Shown: piece by piece, positions 13,292 through 26,616 of the stretch | Layout: every line of letters starts with the position of its first letter | Numbering within the stretch: position 1 is the stretch's first letter | NCBI GenBank assembly: GCA_951406725.2 | Contig: OX597822.1 | Location: 65,038,001-65,102,000 of the forward strand | Length of the DNA: 64,000 bases | Reading direction: 5' to 3' | From: Octopus vulgaris | Taxonomy: Eukaryota | Made by a program: the position numbers and the translations under genes | The notes under the pieces: generated by a model | Database searches by the model: none | What the model saw: the letters and a program-made list of their open reading frames with translations, nothing else | Told to the model about the DNA's origin: nothing

Positions 13292-13720
13292 TAAATACAA
13301 AATGGGGCAAGAAAGCAAATAATCCAGACAGTTAGGTGATACAAAAAAAAGAGACAATAAAACCTCAAGATAGACGATACAAAAGAAACAAGGACGGGTC
13401 ATTTGGAGTTTTCTTTCCTCAGTCGAGTTCCAGATTGTCTCTAATTTCGACTGCCCCAAGGAAAACTTAAGCTAAGAGTATTAGATTCCTTGGAAGAAAG
13501 TGGCGAATGTATACGAAAACAAGGGCGGAAAAAAACGGAGAAGGTTACACAAATACATATAACAGGACATTAACAACGGGTGTCTTTCGACTAAGGACGA
13601 ATTGAATTAAGCTGGCGTGTGTGGAAGTAAAGTCTTACGGTAGGGATACAAGATTTCGCAGGCACAGTGAGGAATATAGATGTTGCATGGACGACGGCCG
13701 AACCAAAAAAGAAAGGTCAG
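13292..13720. mobile_element. Dispersed repeat family C, (TA)n-associated, probable PLE terminus on the minus strand
   Basis: Aligns with 35222-35720, 51430-51680 and the reverse complement of 62952-63178 (shared ccccaaggaaaa..taagctaagag.attagattccttggaagaaag). Confidence 0.65.
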
Positions 13721-13737
13721 GCTTGGCCGAACACTCA

Positions 13738-13850
13738 AAGCTTTGGTCGGCCCGACGCTGTAGTAGAAGACACTTACTCGCGGTGCCACGCAGTGGGACT
13801 GAACCCAGAACCATGTGGTTGGGAAGCAAGCCTCTTACCACATAGCCACG
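13738..13850 (-). mobile_element. SINE family 1 head fragment
   Basis: gctttggtcggcccg...gtgccacgcagtgggactgaaccc matches family 1. Confidence 0.8.
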
Positions 13851-14379
13851 CGCATATACAATATATAAATATATACGCATAAATATTTCCATTTTTGTGA
13901 ATTCACACACACACACTCACATACACACACTCACACACACGTACCCACCCAGACATACAATTCATTGTATGAATATATAATGTGAATTTCAACAGGCGCC
14001 ATTAGATTTGTTGAAATAACTTCGTGATGCTGCTTTCCATAAATGGTTCGGTCGTTTGAAGAAAGATAACGGCAGTTATGAGAACAAAAAAATATTGAAT
14101 AAGAGATAAGGACTTCATAATAATTACCCTAGATACCCTAATCCCAATTTTGCTCCCTTTTATTTTTAGGGGTGGGGGATAATCTTATTGGGGTGGGATT
14201 TTCTTCTATTTTGTTGTTGTTGTTGTCGCTGTTGTTCACTTTTGCTGTCACGCTTCTTTTATTCTCTGTTTTTGCTCTTCTTTCTTGTAGCTCTTGCTGT
14301 TGTTGTTGTTGTTGATGGTGGTGGTGGCAGTGGTGGTAATGGGGATGTTGGCGCCCGTCATCATTATCATCCTCGTTAT

Positions 14380-15095
14380 CATCACTACCACCACCACCAC
14401 CACGCAGCACCACCACGCACCACTACCACATCCCCCACCACTACCATCACCACCACTAAAACTACCATCACCACCTCTAACAGCAGAAGCAGCAGCATCA
14501 CCTCCACCACCACTATCCTCCCCTCCTCCTCCTCATCATCGTCCACAAAGACGATGACGACGACGACCACCTCCACCACCACTACCATCACGATCATCGC
14601 AATCACCATCACCACCACCACCACTACCACCGCCACTATCATCATCATCATCATCATCATCGTCATCATCTTGGTCGACGATGACGACGACGACTACCCC
14701 CACCTCCACTACCATCACGATCATCGCAACCAACACTACCATCACCACCTCTAACAACAGCAGCAGCAACACCACCATCACTACCACCACCACTATCAAC
14801 ATCATCCTCATCATAATCATCCTCATCATCATCATCGTCATCATATTGGTCGACGATGACGACGACCACCTCCCCCACCTCCACTACCATCACGATCATC
14901 GAAACCACCACTACCATCAACATCACTACCACCACCACCACCACACCAACCATCACCACCTCTAACAACAGCAACAGCAGCAGCAGCAGCAGCAGCACCA
15001 CCACCACCACCACCACCACCACCACCACTACCACCACCACTACCACCACCACTATCATCATCATCATCATCATCATCATCACCAATACCACCACA
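14380..15095. repeat. Cryptic (CAC/CAT/CAG) trinucleotide region with internal tandem duplications
   Basis: tggtcgacgatgacgacgac...cccccacctccactaccatcacgatcatcg occurs near 14670 and 14845, with a variant near 14550. Confidence 0.85.
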
Positions 15096-15659
15096 AGGTT
15101 CTTCTACTTTCCTGTCATACGTTCCACTCTGTTGCTTCTCTCCTCATCGCTGTCATTTCCACTCCCCACCCACCCCCTCATTATACTCCTCACCTCCACA
15201 TCATCTTTTCTCCACCATCCACTTTCCCCCCCCCACCTTCCTCACATCCGACGACAACGACGACGACGACGACGACGACCTCCTGTTCTTGTTTTATTGC
15301 TACAACAAAACGTTTCTGCTCATACATCAGCACAAAATTAGTTGATTTATGTCCCCTGTCGTGGGTTATTATCTCTGATGAAAATCGAAGCGCTGTTTAA
15401 GAATGAAGTTCAACTTCATCTTAAAGATAAGAGAGAGAGAGAGAGACAGAGCTCCACCCTTCCCTTCCAAGTCCCTGTGAGAATTTGCTGCGTATATTTA
15501 CTTACCAAACATATCTCTATTAATTCCGTTAACAAATAAAACCCTCAACAGTTAAATGCACTCCCAAACGCAAACATACATTAATACATACATATACATG
15601 TTTTATGTATGTACACACATACACACAGACACACACATATATATTATATATGCCAATAT

Positions 15660-15699
<40 letters not shown>

Positions 15700-15743
15700 A
15701 ACATATATCTACATATATACATGTGCGTATATATTATGTGTTT

Positions 15744-15806
<63 letters not shown>

Positions 15807-15815
15807 GTATATATA

Positions 15816-15909
<94 letters not shown>

Positions 15910-16151
15910 TACATACGTATATATATATATATGTGTATACGTATAAATATGTAGATATCTGTCTCTGTTTTTACATCTGTGTAATCACGCGCACGCACAC
16001 ATACACACGTACATACACACATACACACACACACACACGTACCTCTATATCTATGACTATCAATTTATAAGACAAAAAAAAGAATGTAAATATAATATAT
16101 ATCTGTATGTGTTGTGTGTATATCTGTAGATTTATAAACTGATAGTGTCTG

Positions 16152-16196
<45 letters not shown>

Positions 16197-16962
16197 CCAT
16201 AAAAAGCGAACGCACACACAGCATGCGCGCTCATACATACACACACATATATACACACACAAACACACACGCCACACACCAACGCTCCCATATGTATAAA
16301 TGTATATTCCATTCTCTATATTAATGTTATGGATAAATCAGAACGTTTTTTTTAATGTCGTTTAACATTTTTATTTACTATGCGTATGTATTTCGAGACA
16401 CACACACATACACACACACACACAGACCTATATATTTGTGTCAGTGTATGTGTGTTTGTGTACTGTTCTTTTTGTTGCCGCTCCATTGTTTACCAAAATT
16501 AAGTGACAAGATACTTATGCGAAGTTATATATCTGATATTTCATTCGCTTATTCGCTTATTCGTTTATTCGTTTGGCTTTCATCTGTTATAAAACTTAGT
16601 TTTAGCTTTTGTTAAAGGACCCTGATTATAACTAGTGAACATTAATGGGAAAGAGATCAGAGCAGAGCATGGCACGACGGTGGGGTGGGGAAATTTTAAG
16701 TGACGGTGGGAGTAGGGGGACCGTTGTTTGTATTCGAGGATGTGTGGAGAAAATGGCGGTCGGGGTGGATGTGTTCTTCGTAGGCTTGTTTGTTTATTAT
16801 TTGCTCCGACCTGAAAACTTGTGTGCGTTCAAAAGATGTGATGAGAGATAAGGACGTATGCACGCTCACAGATATATTTACATACGCACAAAGTCGTATA
16901 TGCACGCACACACATACACATACACACACACACACATAAATATAAATTTATTATTATTACTA

Positions 16963-17054
<92 letters not shown>

Positions 17055-17198
17055 ATGCTAGATATTCGTTAATATACATAAGAGTAACGAGTATACATCT
17101 TGTAGAATACGCTTACACAGACACACACACGTATATAAATATATATATATATATACATATAAGTTTACACACATACACACACATATATATATACACAT

Positions 17199-17236
<38 letters not shown>

Positions 17237-17482
17237 CCACAGGCACACGTTCACACAAACAAATACAGACACACATATACACGTGCAATTATCTATCATC
17301 TGTGTGTTTTGTGTGGATGGGTGGGTGAATGCTAGGAAGGTTATTTATTCATGTAAGTAAAGCAGTATATATTTTTGGACAAATATATACAAAACATCCA
17401 CAAATATATGTAAAAAGAAAACTATATATATACATATACAGAGAGAGTGAGAGAGAGACAGAGAGACAGACAGACAGAAATA

Positions 17483-17573
<91 letters not shown>

Positions 17574-18446
17574 ATACGTGTATATGTGTGTATAAGTGTG
17601 TATGTTTGTGTGTGTGTGTGTGTGCTTGGGTTCATGTACGTGTGTATTTGTGTGTGTGTATATGCGTGTGTGTGTCTTTGTCTGTGTATGTGTGTACTCT
17701 GCCTTTTGGCATTGCCATCTATGGTGCAGACCTTCGAAATTCTGGGAATTCAAGAAAAAAATAAACGATGAAAACACACCCAAAACAAGAAAAACCCCCA
17801 AAAATGAAAAAAAAAATGAAAATCCACAATAATAAAATGCAAAAAAAAAAGGCCTGAAATTCTCTACATATATATCTGCATATATATACATATATATATT
17901 ACGCTTGCTCACTTCTACACACACACACACACACACATACTCACTTCTACACACAAACACACACACACACACAGAGTAGCTTTCCAACACGCTCGCATAT
18001 ACACACATCTATATAATGTATTATATAAATCTCATTTAAGTTACAATTCTGTGCGCAAAATGTAATTTTGACACAAATGTGACGCCATTTATTTTTTTGG
18101 AAAAAAATTGATTTTAAATCAGTTTTGGAGGGGTGAAGAGTGCCATTACTTGGATAACCTTTAAACTTAAAGCCGAATCCCTGAGTTTTTACGTGTTCAT
18201 TCGACCCCGGAACAGGCGCATACTGGAATGAAAAATGAGCAATTTGAAAGTAAGGATCTGTAGCTCCACCACCGCAGAATGCTCTTACACTACGCCCGTT
18301 CACTCTCAAGTGTAATTTACTCCTGATTCACATAATAAAGTTTGAGACGCTGTTTTGGATTTTATATTCGAGGTTTCTAGCAACCATACTTCCACCTCCA
18401 CCCCCACATATATGTATGGAGTATTTTAAGTGGTGTACAGATATTG

Positions 18447-19030
18447 TACATTCAGAAAAAGGAGGCAGTCAGAATTTTGAATAATTCTTTATATCGCGCT
18501 TTCGTTCATTTATCGAACTCGTCAAAACAAAAATAAAAATGATCAAGGCAGAATGTTCCTTGTTCATTTATATGAAGCGGATGTTATTTTTTTTTTTTTT
18601 GCTTTTTCAGAACTATTCAAGAGGAGAAAATTATTTTTGTTCTTTTTGGGAAAGTGGGGAAGAGAAATAAACACAGAGAGGGGTTTCATGACAATCAAGA
18701 AAGAAGAGGAAAAGTAAAGGGTGGGGAAAGGATAGACAGATTATCTATCTATCTATCTATTCTTATCCCACCCTTTACTCTTTTTTCTTCCTGTTTCTTG
18801 ATCGTCCTGAAATCTCTCTCTCTCTCTCTCTCATTCTGTCTATTTTCCCCTCCTTGCTTTTCGTTTTCTTTTCCACCTTTTCTTCAAACAAACAAAAATA
18901 TTTTTCTCCTCTTTTATACAAAACAAAAATCATCTGATTCATATAAATCAACCAGAAAATGTTCTGTTTTTACCGTTTTTATTTTGTCTAAAGTCAGAAC
19001 TATTCAAAGTTCTAACTGCCTCTTATTTCT

Positions 19031-19035
<5 letters not shown>
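18447..19035. mobile_element. ~590-bp imperfect palindrome (two head-to-head PLE-terminus-like arms) centred on a GATA/TATC tract
   Basis: gaggcagtcagaattttgaataattct vs agaactattcaaagttctaactgcctc; aagaggagaaaa vs ttttctcctctt; agtaaagggtggg vs cccaccctttact; centre near 18742. Confidence 0.8.
18488..18530 (-). ncRNA. Hammerhead motif, slightly decayed
   Basis: Minus strand: TTGACGA-GTTC-gataaat-GAAC-GAAA-GCGCGA-TA-taaag; helix III is one substitution from the palindrome TCGCGA. Confidence 0.55.
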
Positions 19036-19104
<69 letters not shown>

Positions 19105-19299
19105 AGTATTGATATCCAGAAGACCCAAGATGGCAGGTAATGCTATGTAAGTGGTACGGGAAGACCGAAGTTAGACGCCAGGTTCGATAATAATAAGAGT
19201 GAATATGAATCTAATGCCGGTTTTGTGTGAGAATGTATGTGTTAAATAAAATGAGACAACAAAATCAAAGTCGTGTGAGATTGATAAAGAGAAAGGTAA

Positions 19300-19345
19300 T
19301 CTTACAGCTGTTTCTGGTATGTTAGGGATATCCCTTCATCAGAGA
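19300..19345 (-). ncRNA. Minimal type-I hammerhead motif with canonical core
   Basis: Minus strand: TCT-CTGATGA-AGGGATATCCCTaacatacca-GAAA-CAGCTG-TA-AGA; palindromic helix III ACAGCTGT; lies in a (TA)n-bounded module at 19101-19510. Confidence 0.7.
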
Positions 19346-21264
19346 CGATATGAGAGAGTTAACAAGAGGGAAATAGTAGAGTTCGATATAAGGAGTTATT
19401 TTGGAAAATGATGGATATAGAAAGTATAAAGAGAAATAAATTAATAATCTGTTTGTTGTTTACACACCTGTCTTCGTATTTTGTGTTTTTTTTTTTGTAA
19501 ATTCTCACTATATATATATTAATTATCATGTGCAACCAAAATTGGATATGTTATTTTGAAGACTTTAGACCGCGGTGAACGTCCCGAGTATTCATCTCGT
19601 ATTGCAGGCGAATTCTATTGATTCTATCAGCTCAGGCGGGTGTCACAACTGTATCATTGCGGATCATAGCGGTAGCTAGCCATATATTGAATGTCCGACT
19701 GAAAATCGGTCAAAATGGTACGCAAGCAGCTGGTGATGTCGCGAAAAGCTAGTGGGTTGGCTTGTGTGTAAGTTAGCTATTGGTGACTGAAGCATCCTCT
19801 GCGACGAAAAATAACTAGCAAGTACAACCTAACTTGAATATGTTCGCGTCTGGTCCAGACCTCCAACGCAGATCAAATGGTAGAATGAATAAGAGGTGAA
19901 CATTTAGGACCCATGAAGACACAAGTTAACGCTTGTAAAATGCCGAGGGAAGAATAACCTACTCGAGATGAGTGGTGGTTGCTCTGCTTGTAGAAGCAAA
20001 CAATGGGCCAAAGATACTGTCTTTTTACATAGGGTAAATGTGTTTCTTTGTTGTAGCTTAATCAATAATTTTAGTGTTTAATCTTTCCTAGAATTAGGAT
20101 TGAATGAATGTGCTGATACCTAAGGTATATTTGTTCCCAAACAGCACTTATTTCATTACTGTTCACACCACCGAATTGAATGGTACTGCTCAGGTGACGA
20201 AACCATAGTGATAACCGGGGGGCAGCTGATGATGGAAGTATGTTGGATTGTTGGTATGGTTGTTATTGTATGTGCGGAATAGTTTTATAAGATATCCATA
20301 TATATATTTACGCATGTAAGTATATGAAGTTTATGCGTTTCTGCATGCGTAGAATAAATTTATATTTTATGTTTGTAGGATGAATTGTCTGCATGTAGGT
20401 AAGTGCTCTCGTTAGCATCTGTATAGGCATGCACATGCATACACATACGTATATGTGTGTATTTATGTACATGTCCCTGTGTGTGTGTGTGTGTGTATGT
20501 GTGTGTGTGTGCGTGCGCACATGTGCGTGCGCACATGTGCGTGTATATGCGTTCGTTATATGCACACATGCATTTAAGTGCCTGTGTATGTTTGTGTGTA
20601 TGCATGTATACAAAATCTTCGATGTATACCCCCTCAATCTTGGAAGACGTCACATTCTTCCTTTGATCTATTTCTTTATTTCCTTCTTTCTTTCCGTTCT
20701 ATCTCCTATTTTTTCTTCAATTTTTTCTTTCTCTTCTTTTCGTTCTTTATTTAATTATTTAATTAACAGTTCTCAAATCACTATTTTGGCTTCATATTTG
20801 GCTTCTATCGTGGGAAATCTTACTATATACATTTTCTACAACTGTGTTCTTCTGGCGATAATAGCTGATAAGCCTTCAATTTCTTTTCTAAAAAAATCAT
20901 TTATCATAGCAGAAAGCTTCATGCAGACCTCTAATGCATCTCCAGGTGAGTTGCAATGTTCCTAGGTCGTGTGTAGTATTGACTTTTGAAAGTATAAGAT
21001 CGCGTTTGCATCCTATACAGGTTTTGCTTTTTTGATCCTTTTACTGTTGAGTGTTATGAGTTCTTTTTTTGTTGTTTTGTATAACAAGCTCTGTGGTATT
21101 TGTTGTGTCTTTCGTTTCTGTTGTGTGATTTATGTTAAGCGCCAACTTGTCAGATTATGATTGTGTTGAACAGTAGTTCTAAACCGGGGTCATATTATCC
21201 TTGGGATGGTGATGGCAGGGCATATAATATTTTGTTATTAAAATTTTTTTCTCTCTCTTTTTTC

Positions 21265-21669
21265 TCTTTTACTTGTGTCAGTCATTTAACTGCGGCCATG
21301 CTGGAACACCGCCTTTACTCGAGCAAATCGACCCCAGGACTTATTCTTTGGAAGCCTAGTACTTATTCTATCGGTCACTTTTGCCGAACCGCTAATGTTA
21401 CGGGGACGTAAACAGACCAGCACCGGTTGTCAAGCTATATTGGGGGGGGACAAACACAGACACACAAACATATACACACACATACATATATATTTACATA
21501 TATACGACGGGCTTCTTTCAGTTTCCGTCTACCATATCCACTCACAAGGCTTTGGTCGATCCGAGGCTATAGTAGAAGACACTTGCCCAAGGTGCCACGC
21601 AGTGGGAATGAACCCGGAACCATGTGGTTCTTTAGCAAGCTACTTACCACACAGCCACTCCTGCGCCTG
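21265..21669 (-). mobile_element. SINE family 1, full length
   Basis: Matches 25866-26272. Confidence 0.9.
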
Positions 21670-22115
21670 TATTTGCAATAGATTTGTGATACTTCTACAA
21701 GGCACAAAATATTTAAACATGTTTTATACCATGCCTAATAATATCTAGTCACAAAAATATAATTGAAGTCTGTAGATATCGAATGGGTATGAGTGTCTCA
21801 CCACTGACTAAAATAGGAATCAAAGGAGTACATAGGTAAAAGACGGTTGAGTACTACTGGTGTAAAGAACTACTGTGTATGTGGTATCATATCATTTTTT
21901 GGCGACTGTGAAACTATCGTTTGTGCGTGTTGTTGATATTGTGTGTAGGATGTGTTATACATTTGACAGTTGATTATGAGTAAGTGTATGCATTAATAGC
22001 AGTATAACCCGGCTTTGCCCAGGTTTAAGTTAGGATTATTAAGCTAATCAAGTTCTTTATTTCAAACAAAACTAAGTACCATCGACGTCAAATTTGGGCG
22101 AAATCCATTGAAATT

Positions 22116-22147
<32 letters not shown>

Positions 22148-23030
22148 CTGGCAACACACACACACACATACACGCACGTACTACGTACACCTATTGCATA
22201 CATGTCTTTTGTACGCATACATGTTCGTGTGTGTGTTGCTCGTATATCAACAAATCACATTTTTCCTCGATGGAAAAAAGCAACAAAAGTCTTAACAAAA
22301 ACTTACTCGTTGCTAGAAGGGGACTTAACTCCTGTTTGCAAAGAATGGTGATTTCTCCGATTTTTTAGTACAATTAAAAGCACCATAACTGTACCATGCT
22401 CTTGCAGTTTAGTTTAGGGATCGATTTAGTCGGGAGAAGATAGAGACCATTACAGTCTTCCCATCCATTGATCTTAGAGTAGAAAAGAATATAAACAACA
22501 AGATGAAGACAATCGAAAACAAGAAAAGTAACATGAACAAAGTTGAAAGCAACAACAAAGACTATGACATCAACATCAACAACAAGAACAACAGCAGCAG
22601 CATTGACTCAGTGGAACATTAAGGATGGGAGAGTTGGAGGAACGAGAGAGAGAGAAAGAGAGAGAGAGAAGGAGCGATAGAAGAGGAAGTGAGAGTGAGA
22701 TAAGACAGAGAGAAAGAGCCAGAGAGAGAGAGAGAACATTGTCCCTAGAACAAGGACTTTATGCTTTTCCAGCAGAGTAGATTTGATTATAAGTTACAGG
22801 AAGCACTTGCTCAAAGAGAAAAACATGTCTCTTGGTTCCAGGAATCGAACTCAAAAACCTCGTGATATTAATCCCGACATGCCAACCTCTGGGCCACAGC
22901 AGTATCCATAATACATTTATCCCGGTATCATGACCACGTTTACCATTTTCACAAAGCATGGTTCTTGTACTATCTGAGTACTAAGCGTGTTTTACATATA
23001 TAGCATGTTTTCAATATTAGAATGTGGTAT

Positions 23031-23522
23031 GGCGGCGAGCTGGCAGAAACGTTAGCACGCCGCGCAAAATGCTTAGCGGAATTTCGTCTGTCTTTATGTC
23101 CAGAGTTCAAATTCTGCCGCGGTCGACTTTGCATTTTATCCTTTCGGGGTCGATAAATCAAGTACCAGTCTAATCGACTGGCATCCTTCCCAAAGATTTC
23201 AGGCCTTGTGCTTAGAGTAGAAGAGAATTTTAGAACGTGGCATTCCGTGGAGGTTAATTTTGACTTTCATCTTTTCGGAGTCGATAAAAACAGTACCAGT
23301 TGCATACTGGGGTCGATCTAATCGACTGGCCACCTCTACAAAAATTTAGAGCATTGTACCTAGAGTAGAAAACAATATTAGAATATGGTATTCCGCTGAG
23401 GTCGACTTTGCATTTTATCCTTTCGGGGTCGATAAATTAAGTACCAGTTGCGTACTGTGGTCGATTTAATCGACTGACGCGCTCCCCCAAAATTTCGGGC
23501 CTTGTGCCTAGTGTTCGAAAGA
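23031..23522 (+). mobile_element. SINE family 2 trimer (one full unit plus two 5'-truncated units)
   Basis: Head ggcggcgagctggcagaaacgttagc, then three cores, each ending in the gccttgtgcctagagtagaaaa-type tail. Confidence 0.85.
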
Positions 23523-23762
23523 ATGTTAGAATGTGGTGCTCTATCATATATATTTTAGTAAACCTTGAATATGTTAAGTACTAATCCCTCGCTTTTTTCC
23601 CGTCTTCCACAAATGCCCGGTTTAACAATAGCTGTTTTTTAATACTTATAGATCTTTTGCCGATACGCTTTCTGCTTCTCTGGAACGATGTTATTGCATT
23701 CGGCGTGAGTAGTCAGCCTGTAATATGTACATATATATACGTTATTTATACTCACACACATA

Positions 23763-23837
<75 letters not shown>

Positions 23838-23841
23838 ATCT

Positions 23842-23924
<83 letters not shown>

Positions 23925-23927
<3 letters not shown>

Positions 23928-24289
23928 TATTCAAAGAAATTCCAACTCTGTTTTTTATGTTTTATTTATATTCTTTATAATATTAATGTAGAATATAGAA
24001 TATATTGTATAAATAATATATATATAGGAAAATGAAATGAAGTATTGATTGTCTTATTGAATAGATGAACACTCCTGTCACAACCTGGGACCTTGAAGAC
24101 TGCTATAATGCAAGAAAGTATACTAGTCCCTTAATATTTGATATTCAATATTTCATCTATTCAATAAGACATTCAATACTTCATTTCATTTTACTATATA
24201 TACTATTTATACTATATATTCTACATTAATATTATAAAGAATATAAATAAAACATAAAATCAGACAGAGTTGGAATTCCTTTGAATAAT

Positions 24290-24290
<1 letters not shown>
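23925..24290 (+). mobile_element. Fold-back mini-element: ~140-bp inverted arms around an HHR
   Basis: 23925-24069 is the reverse complement of 24152-24290 with a few mismatches and indels; flanked by (TA)n and (GATA)n. Confidence 0.85.
24087..24130 (+). ncRNA. Minimal type-I hammerhead motif
   Basis: GGGAC-C-TTGAAGA-c-TGC-tataat-GCA-a-GAAA-GTATAC-TA-GTCCC; helix I GGGAC/GTCCC; palindromic AGTATACT helix III; predicted cleavage after A24125. Confidence 0.75.
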
Positions 24291-24336
<46 letters not shown>

Positions 24337-24385
24337 TACAAACCCATTTCTATATATATGTATACGTATAGATGTTTTTTTTTTT

Positions 24386-24759
24386 TGTGGCACTCCGTCA
24401 GTTACGACGACGAGGGCTCTAGTTGATCCGATCAACAGAACAGCCTGCTCGTGGAATTAACGCGTAAGTGGCTGAGCACTCCACAGACACGTGTACGCTT
24501 AACGTAGTTCTCGGGGAGATTTAGCGTGACACAGTGTGTAAGAAGGCTGGCCCTTTGTAATACATGTACAACAGAAACAGAAAGAAAGAGTGAGAGAAAG
24601 TTGTGGGGAAAGAGTACAGCAGGGTTCGCCACCACACCCTCGTGGAGCTTTAGGTGTTTTCGCTCAATAAACACTCACAACACTCGGTCTGGGAATCGAA
24701 ACGGCAGTCCCACGATCGCGAGTCTGCTACGCTAACCACTGGGTCTTTGCGCCTCCACA
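24386..24759 (-). mobile_element. tRNA-derived SINE, family 3 head with an alternative 3' tail
   Basis: Minus strand gtggaggcgc...cagtggttagcgtagcagactcgcg...gtttcgattccc (A/B boxes); poly-A end; probable TSD tatacgtataga at 24361-24372 and 24766-24777; tail shared with 55600-55790. Confidence 0.8.
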
Positions 24760-24783
24760 CAACTATATACGTATAGAAGTAAG

Positions 24784-24833
24784 TATGTGTATATACATAT
24801 GCATATATGAATATATATATTTATGTAAATATG

Positions 24834-24888
<55 letters not shown>

Positions 24889-24995
24889 TATATTATTTTA
24901 TATGATCTCTCTCTGATAATGCTCGTTTTGAAAAAAGCATCATCTTCTAAGTATGTTTTATCTATCTATCTCTCTCTCTCTCTCTCTCTCTGATG

Positions 24996-25050
<55 letters not shown>

Positions 25051-25107
25051 TAGATAGATAAAACATACTTAGAAGATGATGCAAGTAATGCGTTCAATCA
25101 TATAACA

Positions 25108-25160
<53 letters not shown>

Positions 25161-25210
25161 CATATTTACATAAATATATATATTCATATATGCATACGTA
25201 TATACATACA
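24784..25210. repeat. ~420-bp imperfect palindrome centred on (TA)n
   Basis: gcatcatcttctaagtatgttttatctatctatctctct (from 24937) is the exact reverse complement of the block ending at 25082; the outer complex microsatellites are also mirror copies. Confidence 0.85.
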
Positions 25211-25865
25211 TACACACACACAAACACACACACACACACAGACACACACATATTATTATATATATATATATAAATATATATGCATATATAGCTAGGTAGC
25301 TAGATAGAGATGTACGTATAATATACATACATGCATACATACATACATACATACATACATACATACATACATACATACATACATACATACATACATACAT
25401 ACATACATACATACATACATACATACATACATACATACTTATGCAGATCCAGAAGTGCGGGCTGTGTAAATAAACAAGTTATAGGACGATAGATTCAGAA
25501 ATTTCTGTTCCATTTTTGTGTGTTTTCTTCTATCTGAAACACTATTGTTTTCCTTTTCTGTTAACCATTCAGGTGTTGATTCTGGTCTGTTTACTAATTC
25601 ATGGAATCAGTCCCAAATTAGACTTTGCTAATCTCCCAGGGTCTCTAGTTGCTTCCACCATTAATCATTGCGTTGTTGAACATATTTGCTGTTGCGGTCC
25701 ATATTTGTACTGATATTACATATCACTTTATTTTTACTTCCTGGTTCATTTATGTTGTTCTTATTTATTTATTTATTTATTTATTTCATATGGTGCTGGA
25801 TTGCTGTTGTGTTTTCGGATTTTCGGTTTGTATGGACCCGACTCGCAATACGCTTGTTCTCTATT

Positions 25866-26272
25866 AGGCGTACGAGTGGCTGTGCGGTAAATAGCTTGCT
25901 AACGAACCACATGGTTCCGGGTTCAGTCCCACTGCGTTGCAACTTGGGCAAGTGTCTTCTACTATAGGCTCGGGCCGACCAAAGCCTTGTGAGTAGATTT
26001 GGTAGACGGAAACTGAATGAAGCCGGTCGTATATATGTATATATATATATATGTGCGTGTGTGTATATGTTTGTGTGTCTGTGTTTGTTCCCCCAACATC
26101 GCTTGACAACCGATGCTGGTGTGTTTACATCACCGTACCTTAGAGGTTCGGCAAAAGAGACCGATAGAATAAGTACTAGGCTTCCAAAGAATAAGTCCTG
26201 GGGTCGATTTGCTCGACTAAAGGCGGTGCTCCATCATGGCTGCAGTCAAATGACTGAAACAAGTAAAAGAGT
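25866..26272 (+). mobile_element. SINE family 1, full-length reference copy
   Basis: tRNA-like head (gtggctgtgcggtaa; gggttcagtccc), CORE-like cttgggcaagtgtctt, internal microsatellite, 3' tail atgactgaaacaagtaaaagag. Confidence 0.9.
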
Positions 26273-26616
26273 ATACTCCAGCATTTGAACGTTGGTGCTG
26301 GAGATGAGCTCGATTCAGTAAACTTGGGGCCAATGTACATGGTCGTCGTCGTTGTCATCTTCATCATTATTTATCCCCCTCCCTCTCTACATCAACCTCA
26401 TCATCATCATCATCATCTTCATCTATCCCCCTCCTCCTTCTCCTCCTCCTCCTCGTCGTCGTCGTTGTCACCATCGTTGTCATCATCATCGTCATCTTCA
26501 TCGTCATCTTCATTATCATCAACGTGGTCGTCAACATCATCATCATTGTGATAAGCAACAGCAACAGCGATAAAACTATTACTATTATTATTAACGGAGT
26601 TCCGTGGAAGGTAGCG

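Noticed and set aside
19560-21230. Non-repetitive-looking stretches that might hold host exons
   Set aside because: No long ORF or recognisable motif by eye; probably old repeats. Needs RNA-seq or BLASTX.
21995-22030. Helitron-like 3' hairpin end on the minus strand
   Set aside because: Only a short imperfect hairpin, no intact CTAG terminus and no matching 5' end.
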